A stretch of 64,000 bases of DNA from Clostridia bacterium (GTDB lineage Bacteria; Bacillota; Clostridia; Oscillospirales; Acutalibacteraceae). This document shows, piece by piece, positions 56,523 to 64,000 of the stretch. The notes below the pieces were generated by a model that was not told the origin of the DNA, made no database searches, and saw only the letters and a list, made by a program, of their open reading frames with translations. The stretch's first letter is position 1, and each line of letters starts with the position of its first letter. A program made the translations under genes and the position numbers. Where the stretch lies: the NCBI GenBank assembly GCA_017436285.1, contig JAFSDL010000013.1, positions 8,096-72,095 of the forward strand, written 5' to 3'.

Positions 56523-56640
56523 ATGAGGAGTGAGGAATGAGGAGTGAGGAGTGTCGGGACCTGCGGTCTGCATTGTAATGTTTGGAAGCAAAGCTTCCCC
56601 GGAATTTTCCACTTTTCACTTTCAAATTTCCATTTTAAAA
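56523..56640 (+). repeat. Heptad-repeat-flanked structured spacer between nrdD and the TrxR-like gene
   Basis: (TGAGGAG/TGAGGAA) x4 lies at 56524-56551. A pyrimidine-rich heptad-phased arm, CACTTTT CACTTTC AAATTTC CATTTTA, lies at 56610-56637. AGTGAGGAGTG (56543-53) can pair with CACTTTTCACT (56610-20) using two G-U pairs. An internal GGAAGC-AAA-GCTTCC hairpin lies at 56584-98. Confidence 0.55.
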
Positions 56641-56655
56641 CAGGAGTAATTTATC

Positions 56656-57558
56656 ATGTATGATATTATAGTTGTTGGTGCAGGTCCTGCGGGGCTTACT
56701 GCGGCACTTTATGCTCTCAGAGCATCAAAATCTGTTCTTGTTATTGAACAGTCCACCTTTGGCGGTCAGGTTACTTTTTCTCCTAAAATTGAAAACTATC
56801 CCGGTATTCCCGAAATGAGCGGTAACGAATTTGCCGATAAGCTTCTTGACCAGGTGCTTTCTATGGGTGCAGAGGTTGAAATGGAAAAGGTTACGGGAAT
56901 TGCAGACCAGGGTGCTCATAAAACTGTTTTTGCAGGTAATAAAGCCTTTGAAGCAAAGGCGGTTATTATTGCAGTTGGTGTACGCCACAGACAGTTAGGT
57001 CTTCCTAATGAAAATCAGCTTGTAGGCAACGGTGTTTCCTATTGTGCGGTTTGCGATGGTGCTTTCTTCAAGGGTCAGACTGTTGGTGTTGTTGGTGGAG
57101 GTAACTCTGCATTGCAGGAGGCTGTTCTTCTTTCCGACCTTTGCAAAAAGGTGTATGTTCTTCAGAATCTTCCTTACCTTACAGGAGAAAAGAAGCTTGT
57201 TGACATTCTTGAAGGTAAAGACAATGTTGAGTTTATTATGGAAGCAACAGTTGCTGAGCTTAAGGGCGAAAGCGAGCTTTCGGGTGTTGTTCTTAACACA
57301 AGCCAGGGCGAAAGCGAGCTTTCTCTTGACGGGCTTTTTGTTGCGATCGGTCTTGAGCCTAAAAACTCTGCATTTTCTGATTGTGCGGCGCTTGATAGTA
57401 ACGGTTATTTTGATTCTGATGAATCCTGTGTAACAAAAACCAATGGCGTTTTTGTTGCAGGTGACTGCCGTCAGAAGAGTATCCGTCAGATTACAACTGC
57501 ATCTGCAGATGGTGCGGTTGCAGCACTTGCAGCTTGCCGTTATATAGATAACAGATAA
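56656..57558 (+). CDS. trxB: Low-Mr thioredoxin-reductase-family flavoprotein lacking the canonical NADPH-binding arginines
   Basis: The FAD motif is VVGAGPAGLTAA, the redox CxxC is CAVCDG and the second dinucleotide motif is VVGGGNSALQEA. At the position of E. coli HRRDGFRAE the sequence is QNLPYLTGE (57163-57189). SD AGGAG lies upstream. Confidence 0.85.
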   Translation: MYDIIVVGAGPAGLTAALYALRASKSVLVIEQSTFGGQVTFSPKIENYPGIPEMSGNEFADKLLDQVLSMGAEVEMEKVTGIADQGAHKTVFAGNKAFEAKAVIIAVGVRHRQLGLPNENQLVGNGVSYCAVCDGAFFKGQTVGVVGGGNSALQEAVLLSDLCKKVYVLQNLPYLTGEKKLVDILEGKDNVEFIMEATVAELKGESELSGVVLNTSQGESELSLDGLFVAIGLEPKNSAFSDCAALDSNGYFDSDESCVTKTNGVFVAGDCRQKSIRQITTASADGAVAALAACRYIDNR

Positions 57559-57575
57559 TTATAAACATTTTGTAA

Positions 57576-57610
57576 AAAGGCAGTGAATTGTGGAATTCAC
57601 TGTCTTTTTG
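57576..57610 (+). terminator. Rho-independent terminator after the TrxR-like gene
   Basis: CAGTGAATT-GTGG-AATTCACTG (57581-57602) is followed by TCTTTTT. An extended -10 (TGTGATATAAT, 57609-57619) for the next gene follows directly. Confidence 0.85.
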
Positions 57611-57651
57611 TGATATAATGTTTTGGAATTTATTTTAACGGAGGTTGTTCA

Positions 57652-58794
57652 GTGTCAAAAAAAGGCGAATACGAGATCTTGAACTATGATGATATTAAAG
57701 TGGATTCGAGCGAATCGCACTCTCATAAGAAAAAATCAAGGAAGAAGCTGAGCAAGGGTGCGGTAGCACTTTTGGTTTTTGCAATCAGCATTGCTTTGTG
57801 TATCATTGGTTATGTAACAGTTGTTTTCGGAAACATTCCTTTCGTTGTTAAATGGAGGAATATCTGGATTGAAACCGCTATGACAACGGATCAGCATAAA
57901 TGGTTGGCAACCTGGTTTTTCCCGGATTGGCTGATAGACGAGGTTATGTCAGCTCAGGTTGATATAAAGGATATAAGCGTAACTGATATTTACGGGAATC
58001 AGAGCTCAGATGTTCTCGGTCAGGAAAATCTTGTTGTCGGAGAAAAGGATAAGTTCGGCAACACGGTTTATGCCAATGACCTTGAAGAAAATATTGTTAT
58101 TTTAGAAATCAACAAAACCAATTTCAAGGCAAAGCTTGTGCTTGTTGATGACCCGTCAAGAGTTTTTCTCGGGGCAACGGATTACAAGGGCTCCCGAGGA
58201 GAATTTATCTGCGATTACCTTGAAAAAGAAAATGCAGTTGTAGGTGTTAATGCCTCAGGCTTTATTGACAGAGGTGGCGTAAGCCTTGGTGGTGAAATTG
58301 CAGGTCAATGCGTTTCAAAGGGTGAATATTGGGGCAGATATGATTCCCGATATACTCTTGTTGGCTTTGATGCAAACAACCGCCTTGTTGTAGGTGGTAT
58401 TAAGGATTGGGAAGAATATAATATCCGTGACGGCTTCCAGTATAAGCCAACTCTTATTCTTAACGGAGAAAAGGTTGTTGAGGATTCAGCAGGTTGGGGC
58501 CTTCAGCCCAGAACAGTTGTGGGTCAATGCGAAAATGGAGTTGTTCTGCTTCTTGTTGTAGATGGTCGTCAGGTTGGCTATTCTCTCGGTGCAACTATGG
58601 AGGACTGTGCAGATATTCTTTTGCAGTATGGTGCAGTAACCGCAGGTGCATGTGATGGTGGTTCATCATCGGTTATCGGCTATGACGGTGAGGTTATCAA
58701 TAAGCCCTGTGCCCGAGATATGCCCACAGGCAGATATCTTCCTAACGCTTGGTTGGTTGCAAGAAAAAGCACATCCGAAAATGATGAAAAATAA
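57652..58794 (+). CDS. Phosphodiester glycosidase family protein (NAGPA/DUF2233-like), N-terminally membrane-anchored
   Basis: It has a GTG start with GGAGG upstream and a TM helix (AVALLVFAISIALCIIGYVTVVF). VVGVNASGF...LLLVVDGRQVGYSLGATMEDCADILLQYGAVTAGACDGGSSS is typical of the family. Confidence 0.8.
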   Translation: MSKKGEYEILNYDDIKVDSSESHSHKKKSRKKLSKGAVALLVFAISIALCIIGYVTVVFGNIPFVVKWRNIWIETAMTTDQHKWLATWFFPDWLIDEVMSAQVDIKDISVTDIYGNQSSDVLGQENLVVGEKDKFGNTVYANDLEENIVILEINKTNFKAKLVLVDDPSRVFLGATDYKGSRGEFICDYLEKENAVVGVNASGFIDRGGVSLGGEIAGQCVSKGEYWGRYDSRYTLVGFDANNRLVVGGIKDWEEYNIRDGFQYKPTLILNGEKVVEDSAGWGLQPRTVVGQCENGVVLLLVVDGRQVGYSLGATMEDCADILLQYGAVTAGACDGGSSSVIGYDGEVINKPCARDMPTGRYLPNAWLVARKSTSENDEK

Positions 58795-58803
58795 GGTGAT
58801 AAA

Positions 58804-59727
58804 ATGAAAAGACAAGAGGCTTTCGTAAATCAGAAGAAAATGCTTAAGGGCGGACTTCATTGCCATACAACCCGTTCTGACGGTAAAGGTACTCCCGAAG
58901 AGGTTATAAGACTTCATAAGGAAAATAACTATGATTTCCTTGCATTGACAGACCATAAGATTTATAACTACAAAAATTTTGCCGAGGATGCTGATATAAC
59001 AATAATTCCCGGTACGGAATATGACAACACTTTTGTAAGAGAAAATGGTTTCAGAACTTTTCATACAGTTTTTATAGGTCCTGATGATGAAACAAATGGC
59101 TACAAGCAGGATGAAAGACTTCCGAGAGGTGAGGCGACAAATCAGGAAGAATTTCAGAAATATCTTGATGAAGCTCACGAGAAAAACAATCTTACAATTT
59201 ATTGCCACCCTCAATGGAGCTCAACTCCACCAAGATATTTTGATAAATTGAATGGCAACTTTGCTTTTGAAATATGGAACAGCGGATGTGCTATTGAGGA
59301 CGATATGGATACCGACAACGGTATGTATTGGGATGAGCTTCTTGGTATGGGAAAAAGACTTTTTGCAGTTGCTACCGATGACGGACATCAGATGTATCAG
59401 CACTGCAAGGGCTGGGTAATGGTTAATGCCGAAAATAATGTGAAAGATATTCTTTCTGCATTGGAAAAAGGCAAGTTTTATTCTTCTTGTGGCCCTGTTA
59501 TCAAGGATTTTTATGTAGATGATGACAATGTTGTTCATATCGAAACAAGCGAATGTGAAAGAATAATTTTCCAATGTGATAAGCACCCCTCAAAGATGAT
59601 TGAAGCAGAGGGTGATTTGCTTACCTGTGCCCAAGCGGATTTAAAAAATGAATATGAATACATCAGAGCAACAGTTGTTGATAAAGAGGGCAGAAAGGCC
59701 TGGACTAACCCTATTTTTCTGAAATAA
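58804..59727 (+). CDS. PHP-domain metal-dependent phosphoesterase (CehA/McbA-like)
   Basis: It has LKGGLHCHTTRSDGKGTPEEV, FLALTDH, CHPQW and ATDDGH motifs. Confidence 0.8.
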   Translation: MKRQEAFVNQKKMLKGGLHCHTTRSDGKGTPEEVIRLHKENNYDFLALTDHKIYNYKNFAEDADITIIPGTEYDNTFVRENGFRTFHTVFIGPDDETNGYKQDERLPRGEATNQEEFQKYLDEAHEKNNLTIYCHPQWSSTPPRYFDKLNGNFAFEIWNSGCAIEDDMDTDNGMYWDELLGMGKRLFAVATDDGHQMYQHCKGWVMVNAENNVKDILSALEKGKFYSSCGPVIKDFYVDDDNVVHIETSECERIIFQCDKHPSKMIEAEGDLLTCAQADLKNEYEYIRATVVDKEGRKAWTNPIFLK

Positions 59728-59730
59728 CAA

Positions 59731-59769
59731 ACGACCCTGTTGAACAAAATTTTTGTTCAACAGGGTCGT
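59731..59769. terminator. Bidirectional terminator between the PHP gene and argS
   Basis: A perfect 16-bp inverted repeat, ACGACCCTGTTGAACA (59731-46) and TGTTCAACAGGGTCGT (59754-69), has an A/T loop. Confidence 0.85.
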
Positions 59770-59777
59770 AACTTTTG

Positions 59778-61529
59778 TTACATTGATTCAGGTGCTTCGA
59801 TTTTGAGCATTGAAAGAACATTTTTCATTGTGCGCTTAACACATTCGCAAAGGAAAATTCTTGACTGCATAAGTGCTTCATCATCCACCATAACTCTCTG
59901 TGCATTGTAAAAGCGGTGGAATTTTGTTGCAAGCTCTGTTGCATAATGTGTAATTCTTGCAGGGTCATAGGAGCTTGCCGCAAAAATAATAACATTTGTA
60001 AGTGAAGCAAGGTGAGCAATAAGGTCAGTTTCCTCGTCACTGTTAAGAAGAGTAAGCTCTGCTTTTTCAGGCTTTCTGATTTTAACGCCCTCGTTTTCAA
60101 GCTTTCTCAAAATACTGCAGATTCTTGCGTGTGCATACTGGCAGTAGTAAACAGGATTCTGGTTGGACTGCTCAACTGCAAGGTCAAGATCAAAGTCCAT
60201 AGCTGAGCCTGCTTCTCTCATATTGAAGAGGAAGCGGACTGCATCAATGGGCACCTCATCAAGAAGGTCAACAAGGGTAATAGCCTTACCTGTTCTCTTT
60301 GACATTTTAACGGGCTTGCCATCCTTCATAAGATTAACAAGCTGCATAAGAACAACATCAAGTCTGCTACCGTCAATACCAACTGCCTCCATTGCGCCCT
60401 TCATACGTGCAACGTGACCGTGATGGTCTGCACCCCAAACATCAATACCTGTATCAAAGCCACGCTTTTCAAATTTATTTCTGTGGTATGCAATATCTGC
60501 GGCAAAATAGGTGGGGTTACCGTTCTGACGAACAAGAACATCATCCTTAAGCTCAAGATTATCGATATATTCCTGAGATTTACCCTCTCTTTTGAGAATT
60601 GCAGTCTGAACCTCAATATTCTTGTACCATAAAGCACCGTCTTTTTCGTAGGTGTAGCCGTTCTTTTTGAGAATATCAATTGTTTCCTGAAGCTCGCCGC
60701 CATTATGAAGAGAAAGCTCAGAGAACCAGGTGTTGTAATCAATGCGGTATTTTGCCATTGCGGCTTTCATTGTTGCAATGTTTTTGGGAAGAGCAAATTC
60801 AACAAGAACTTTTCTTCTCTCTTCTTCTGAAGCATCAAGAAGAGCTTCGCCATTTTCATCGATGTAGCTCTGAGCAAGAACTCTTATATCGTCACCGTGG
60901 TAGCTGTCTTCGGGAAGCTCAATAAAATCCTCGCCCTTGAGAATCTGCTGATAACGAACAGAAAGTGAAAGACCGAATTTATCAATCTGGTTGCCTGCAT
61001 CGTTTACATAAAATTCTCTTTCAACATAGTAGCCTGCCCAGTCAAGAACTGCAGCAAGGCAGTCACCAAGAGCACCACCACGAGCGTTACCCATATGCAT
61101 AGGGCCTGTGGGGTTTGCAGAAACAAATTCAACATTGATTTTCTTGCCCTTACCGAAATCGCTTCTGCCATAGCTATCGCCACAAGCATCAATATCAAGA
61201 AGAATATCTGCATAGAATTCGGGCTTCAGAAAGAAGTTGATGAAGCCGGGACCTGCAACCTCGCATTTCTGGAAAAATGTATTTTCAAGGTCGATTTTTT
61301 CAAGAATGCAATCTGCAATTTTTCTTGGAGGCATACGAAGTGCCTTTGAAAGCATAAATGCACCGTTTGCAGAATAGTCACCGTTTTTTCTGTCTGCAGG
61401 AATTTCTGTTTTGAAGTTGGGGATTTCTGCCTCAATAAATGTACCGTCTGCAATGTTACTTTTTATTGCCGCTGTAACAGAAGAAATAATCTGTTCTTCT
61501 GCAAATTTAACTAATTTTGACATTTTCAA
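59778..61529 (-). CDS. argS: Arginine--tRNA ligase
   Basis: It has the class I HIGH-type motif (SANPTGPMHMGNARG) and the KMSK-type motif (VKMSKRTG). It also has a C-terminal DALR anticodon-binding domain and is 583 aa. Confidence 0.97.
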   Translation of the reverse strand: MKMSKLVKFAEEQIISSVTAAIKSNIADGTFIEAEIPNFKTEIPADRKNGDYSANGAFMLSKALRMPPRKIADCILEKIDLENTFFQKCEVAGPGFINFFLKPEFYADILLDIDACGDSYGRSDFGKGKKINVEFVSANPTGPMHMGNARGGALGDCLAAVLDWAGYYVEREFYVNDAGNQIDKFGLSLSVRYQQILKGEDFIELPEDSYHGDDIRVLAQSYIDENGEALLDASEEERRKVLVEFALPKNIATMKAAMAKYRIDYNTWFSELSLHNGGELQETIDILKKNGYTYEKDGALWYKNIEVQTAILKREGKSQEYIDNLELKDDVLVRQNGNPTYFAADIAYHRNKFEKRGFDTGIDVWGADHHGHVARMKGAMEAVGIDGSRLDVVLMQLVNLMKDGKPVKMSKRTGKAITLVDLLDEVPIDAVRFLFNMREAGSAMDFDLDLAVEQSNQNPVYYCQYAHARICSILRKLENEGVKIRKPEKAELTLLNSDEETDLIAHLASLTNVIIFAASSYDPARITHYATELATKFHRFYNAQRVMVDDEALMQSRIFLCECVKRTMKNVLSMLKIEAPESM

Positions 61530-61942
61530 ACCTCATTTATTTTCATTAAAAGATTATTTTCGCCTATAATTTCTCCCTTGCTTTCAAGAGTATAGCAAAG
61601 AAGAATTTTACCTGAGCAATCAGGTATCTGAGCATTAACTCTTTGAGCCATAATATCCATTTCCATTTCACCGAAGGGTGTTCTGTAAATGCAGGAGTGG
61701 ACCTTGCCCTCTTCAATAAGGAAGGTGGTTTCATATACGCCACTTCGGCGCATTTCAATAAAGTTATTGTTTATAACCTTAACAACCGTTTCGCATTTGC
61801 CCATTTCATCATCAGGCTCTGTGTAAGAAATGACTTTCATTCCATCAATTTCCTGCATAGTACCCTGAGCCTTGAGCTTACTGCTCTCTCTGTCATCCTG
61901 ATATTGCTGTTCGCTTACGAATTCTATTTCAACACTTCTCAT
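61526..61942 (-). CDS. DUF1934-family protein (YwiB-like)
   Basis: It is a small acidic beta-rich protein immediately upstream of and overlapping argS. This is the conserved Firmicutes arrangement. Confidence 0.75.
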   Translation of the reverse strand: MRSVEIEFVSEQQYQDDRESSKLKAQGTMQEIDGMKVISYTEPDDEMGKCETVVKVINNNFIEMRRSGVYETTFLIEEGKVHSCIYRTPFGEMEMDIMAQRVNAQIPDCSGKILLCYTLESKGEIIGENNLLMKINEV

Positions 61943-63000
61943 TTCATTCTTTCCTCAGCATACTCAATGAGTTTATCGATAAGGTCACTGTAAGCAACAC
62001 CAACCTGACCGAAAAGCTTGGGAAACATTGAAATTGAAGTAAAGCCGGGAAGTGTATTGATTTCGTTGAGATAAATTGTTCCGTCATCTGCTAAGAAGAA
62101 ATCAACTCTTGAAAGCCCTGTGCAGCCCATTGTTCTGTAAGCATTAACTGCTGCCTGACGAACCTTCTCGCTTACCTCAACAGGTAAATCTGCAGGAATT
62201 GCAAGACCTGTTGAATTATCTATGTATTTTGCCTCATAGTCATAAAATTCTGCAGTGGGAAGAATTTCACCGATGCAGGATGCAACGGGCTGGTCATTAC
62301 CCATAACCGCACATTCAATTTCTCTGCCAACCAGTGTTTCCTCAAGAACAACCTTGTAGTCATTAGCAAAAGCGATATCAAGGGCTTTAAGAAGCTCGAG
62401 GTGATTATGTGCTTTGGAAATACCGACAGAGGACCCTGCGTTTGCAGGCTTAACAAATATGGGGTAGCCTAATTTCTGTTCAATAACCTCAAAATTAACT
62501 CTGCCATCCTTATAATCTGTTTCAGTAAATGCAACCCATTTTGCACCGTTTATACCTGCCGCATCTGCAAGAGTGTTTGTAACTGCTTTATCCATACACA
62601 TACCGCTTGCAAGAGGTGTGCAACCAACATAGGGAATGCCTGCAAGCTCAAATATGCCCTGAATTGTTCCGTCCTCACCATTTTTTCCGTGAAGAACGGG
62701 GAAAATAACATCAATTCTGATTTTTTCGTAAGCACCCATATCGTTAAGAATAATAAGTGCCTTATCCTTTTTATCGGGGGAAAGAACAGCAGGGGTTGTG
62801 TCCTCATCATTGAACCAGGAATTATTTTCGATAGAATCAATGTCGCCTGTGTAGAAATACCATTCGCCATCTTTAGTAATACCGAGAGTGAGAACATTAT
62901 ATTTCTCTCTGTCAATGTTTCTTAAAACAGAAGCAGAGGAGCGAAGAGAAACCTCATATTCGCTGGAGCAACCGCCAAAAATAACAAGTAAATTTTTCAA
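61939..63000 (-). CDS. ddl: D-alanine--D-alanine ligase
   Basis: It has LLVIFGGCSSEYEVSL, VLHGKNGEDGTIQG and an ATP-grasp core (FVKPANAGSSVGISK, EINTLPGFT). The TTG start at 63000 is preceded by AAGGTGA, so the ORF-track extension to 63027 is rejected. Confidence 0.93.
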   Translation of the reverse strand: MKNLLVIFGGCSSEYEVSLRSSASVLRNIDREKYNVLTLGITKDGEWYFYTGDIDSIENNSWFNDEDTTPAVLSPDKKDKALIILNDMGAYEKIRIDVIFPVLHGKNGEDGTIQGIFELAGIPYVGCTPLASGMCMDKAVTNTLADAAGINGAKWVAFTETDYKDGRVNFEVIEQKLGYPIFVKPANAGSSVGISKAHNHLELLKALDIAFANDYKVVLEETLVGREIECAVMGNDQPVASCIGEILPTAEFYDYEAKYIDNSTGLAIPADLPVEVSEKVRQAAVNAYRTMGCTGLSRVDFFLADDGTIYLNEINTLPGFTSISMFPKLFGQVGVAYSDLIDKLIEYAEERMK

Positions 63001-63166
63001 GATTATCACCTTATTACATAATAACATAAATATACATTTTAAATGATACCATAATAATTTTATTAAATCAATTATTAAATACTATGATATTTCAATAAAC
63101 TGTTTACCTTTTTATATAAAAATGCTACAATTACAATGTAAATTATGAAATAAGGCGGTTTTAGTT

Positions 63167-63832
63167 ATGGAACTTAAAAATATTTTAACTCATGTTGACC
63201 ATACACTTTTAAAGCAGGAGTCAACCCGGGAGCAGATAAAAGCAATTTGCGACGATGGTATTAAATTCAATACCGCAAGCGTGTGTATACCTCCAAGCTA
63301 TGTTAAGGAGTGTGCGGAATACTGTGGTGATAAGCTTTCAATTTGCACAGTTATCGGCTTCCCCAATGGCTATAACACAACTGCCTGCAAGGCTTTTGAA
63401 ACTGCAGATGCAGTTAAAAACGGTGCAGAGGAAATTGATATGGTTATAAATATCGGTTGGCTCAAGGATAAGAGATATGACGATATTTTGAATGAAATCA
63501 AGGAAATCAAAAAAGCTTGCAACGGCAAAATTTTAAAGGTTATTATTGAAACCTGCCTTTTAACTGATGAAGAAAAAATAAAAATGTGTGAGCTTGTAAC
63601 GGAAGCAGGTGCAGATTATATTAAAACCTCAACAGGCTTTTCAACTGCAGGTGCAACCTTCTCGGATATTGAGCTTTTTTCAAAAAATATTGGTGAAAAT
63701 GTGAAAATGAAGGCGGCAGGTGGTATTGCATCACTTGACGATGCAGAAAAATTCCTTTCCCTCGGTGCAGAAAGACTCGGCACAAGCCGAATTGTTTCAA
63801 TAGCAAAAAGTGAAGAGGGAAGCGGATATTAA
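63167..63832 (+). CDS. deoC: Deoxyribose-phosphate aldolase
   Basis: It has IDHTLLK-type motif [26 protein letters not shown], the Schiff-base region YIKTSTGF, and KAAGGI. Confidence 0.95.
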   Translation: MELKNILTHVDHTLLKQESTREQIKAICDDGIKFNTASVCIPPSYVKECAEYCGDKLSICTVIGFPNGYNTTACKAFETADAVKNGAEEIDMVINIGWLKDKRYDDILNEIKEIKKACNGKILKVIIETCLLTDEEKIKMCELVTEAGADYIKTSTGFSTAGATFSDIELFSKNIGENVKMKAAGGIASLDDAEKFLSLGAERLGTSRIVSIAKSEEGSGY

Positions 63833-63893
63833 ATAAATGTAGGGTACGGTCCTGACCGTACCGCCCTGAAACATAGCAAAAGGTGGTGGAGTA

Positions 63894-64000
63894 ATGAAAT
63901 TCAATATGGAAACTGCATATATTCCGTATACATCAGTGTTTGAAAAACGCGATATGATGTTTGATTGGAAGGAAACAAGCAACAGGTCTGCAATTCTCGG
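63894..64000 (+). CDS. Hypothetical protein, 5' fragment (runs off the window end)
   Basis: The ATG at 63894 is preceded by GGTGGTGGAG, and the frame is open to the window end (MKFNMETAYIPYTSVFEKRDMMFDWKETSNRSAIL...). No family is recognised. Confidence 0.3.
   Translation, partial: MKFNMETAYIPYTSVFEKRDMMFDWKETSNRSAIL

Noticed and set aside
56523-56649. Micro-ORFs of 5, 13 and 23 codons in the nrdD-trxB spacer as real leader peptides.
   Set aside because: They are by-products of the SD-like heptad repeats and I have no conservation evidence. I mention them under the structured-spacer finding but do not call them genes.
59778-63027. Expected T-box leader upstream of argS.
   Set aside because: argS overlaps the upstream DUF1934 gene, which in turn overlaps ddl. 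There is no leader space, and no specifier-loop or T-box sequence in 63001-63166.
1-64000. Defence systems (restriction-modification, toxin-antitoxin, abortive infection, CBASS, retrons and similar), prophage remnants, tRNA and rRNA genes.
   Set aside because: No nuclease/methylase pairs, reverse transcriptase, cyclase, small toxin-antitoxin pairs, phage structural genes or tRNA-like cloverleaf sequences were recognised. The CPBP (Abi-family) protease at 6612-7784 has no partner bacteriocin gene nearby.

Overview
The window looks like a chromosomal segment from a low-GC anaerobic Firmicute. A Clostridia or Ruminococcus-like origin is only an inference, based on a dockerin-bearing protein, class III ribonucleotide reductase (RNR) and the glgD-glgA gene order. 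I found no rRNA, tRNA, CRISPR array, transposase, integrase or phage genes.

**Layout**
- 1-11.0 kb, housekeeping: glgD (5' truncated), glgA, an XRE regulator, a histidine phosphatase, an amidohydrolase, a CPBP protease, a TadA-LuxS in-frame ORF, zapA, dut, mnmE and a PI-PLC-like protein.
- 11.2-35.7 kb, accessory: a ~24.5 kb surface-polysaccharide locus built from two convergent operons. It encodes capD, wecB, fnlABC, 8-9 glycosyltransferases, two Wzy-like proteins, one Wzx, pyruvyl and acetyl transferases, a PglC-type initiating transferase, and two uncharacterised proteins.
- 35.7-64 kb, mostly housekeeping: fba, dCMP deaminase, malQ, a HAD hydrolase, a dockerin protein, glpK, rmuC, a YtrA-type GntR/ABC operon, two paralogous secreted Cys-motif proteins, nrdG, nrdD, a TrxR-like gene, a phosphodiester glycosidase, a PHP hydrolase, ddl-DUF1934-argS and deoC.

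**Most interesting observations**
1. NrdD carries a C-terminal glutaredoxin-like CPKC domain. The next gene is a thioredoxin-reductase homologue that lacks the NADPH-binding HRRxxxR motif. This region also has an array of NrdR boxes and a heptad-repeat structured spacer.
2. TadA and LuxS are joined in frame, with a Shine-Dalgarno sequence (SD, ribosome-binding site) embedded at the junction.
3. A ~200 bp non-coding palindromic array of GCGATATA motifs lies in a convergent intergenic gap.
4. A 423-aa protein of no recognisable family sits inside the glycosyltransferase operon.

I cannot point to a clear-cut novel defence or mobile system. All functional calls come from motif recognition by eye, with no database searches.
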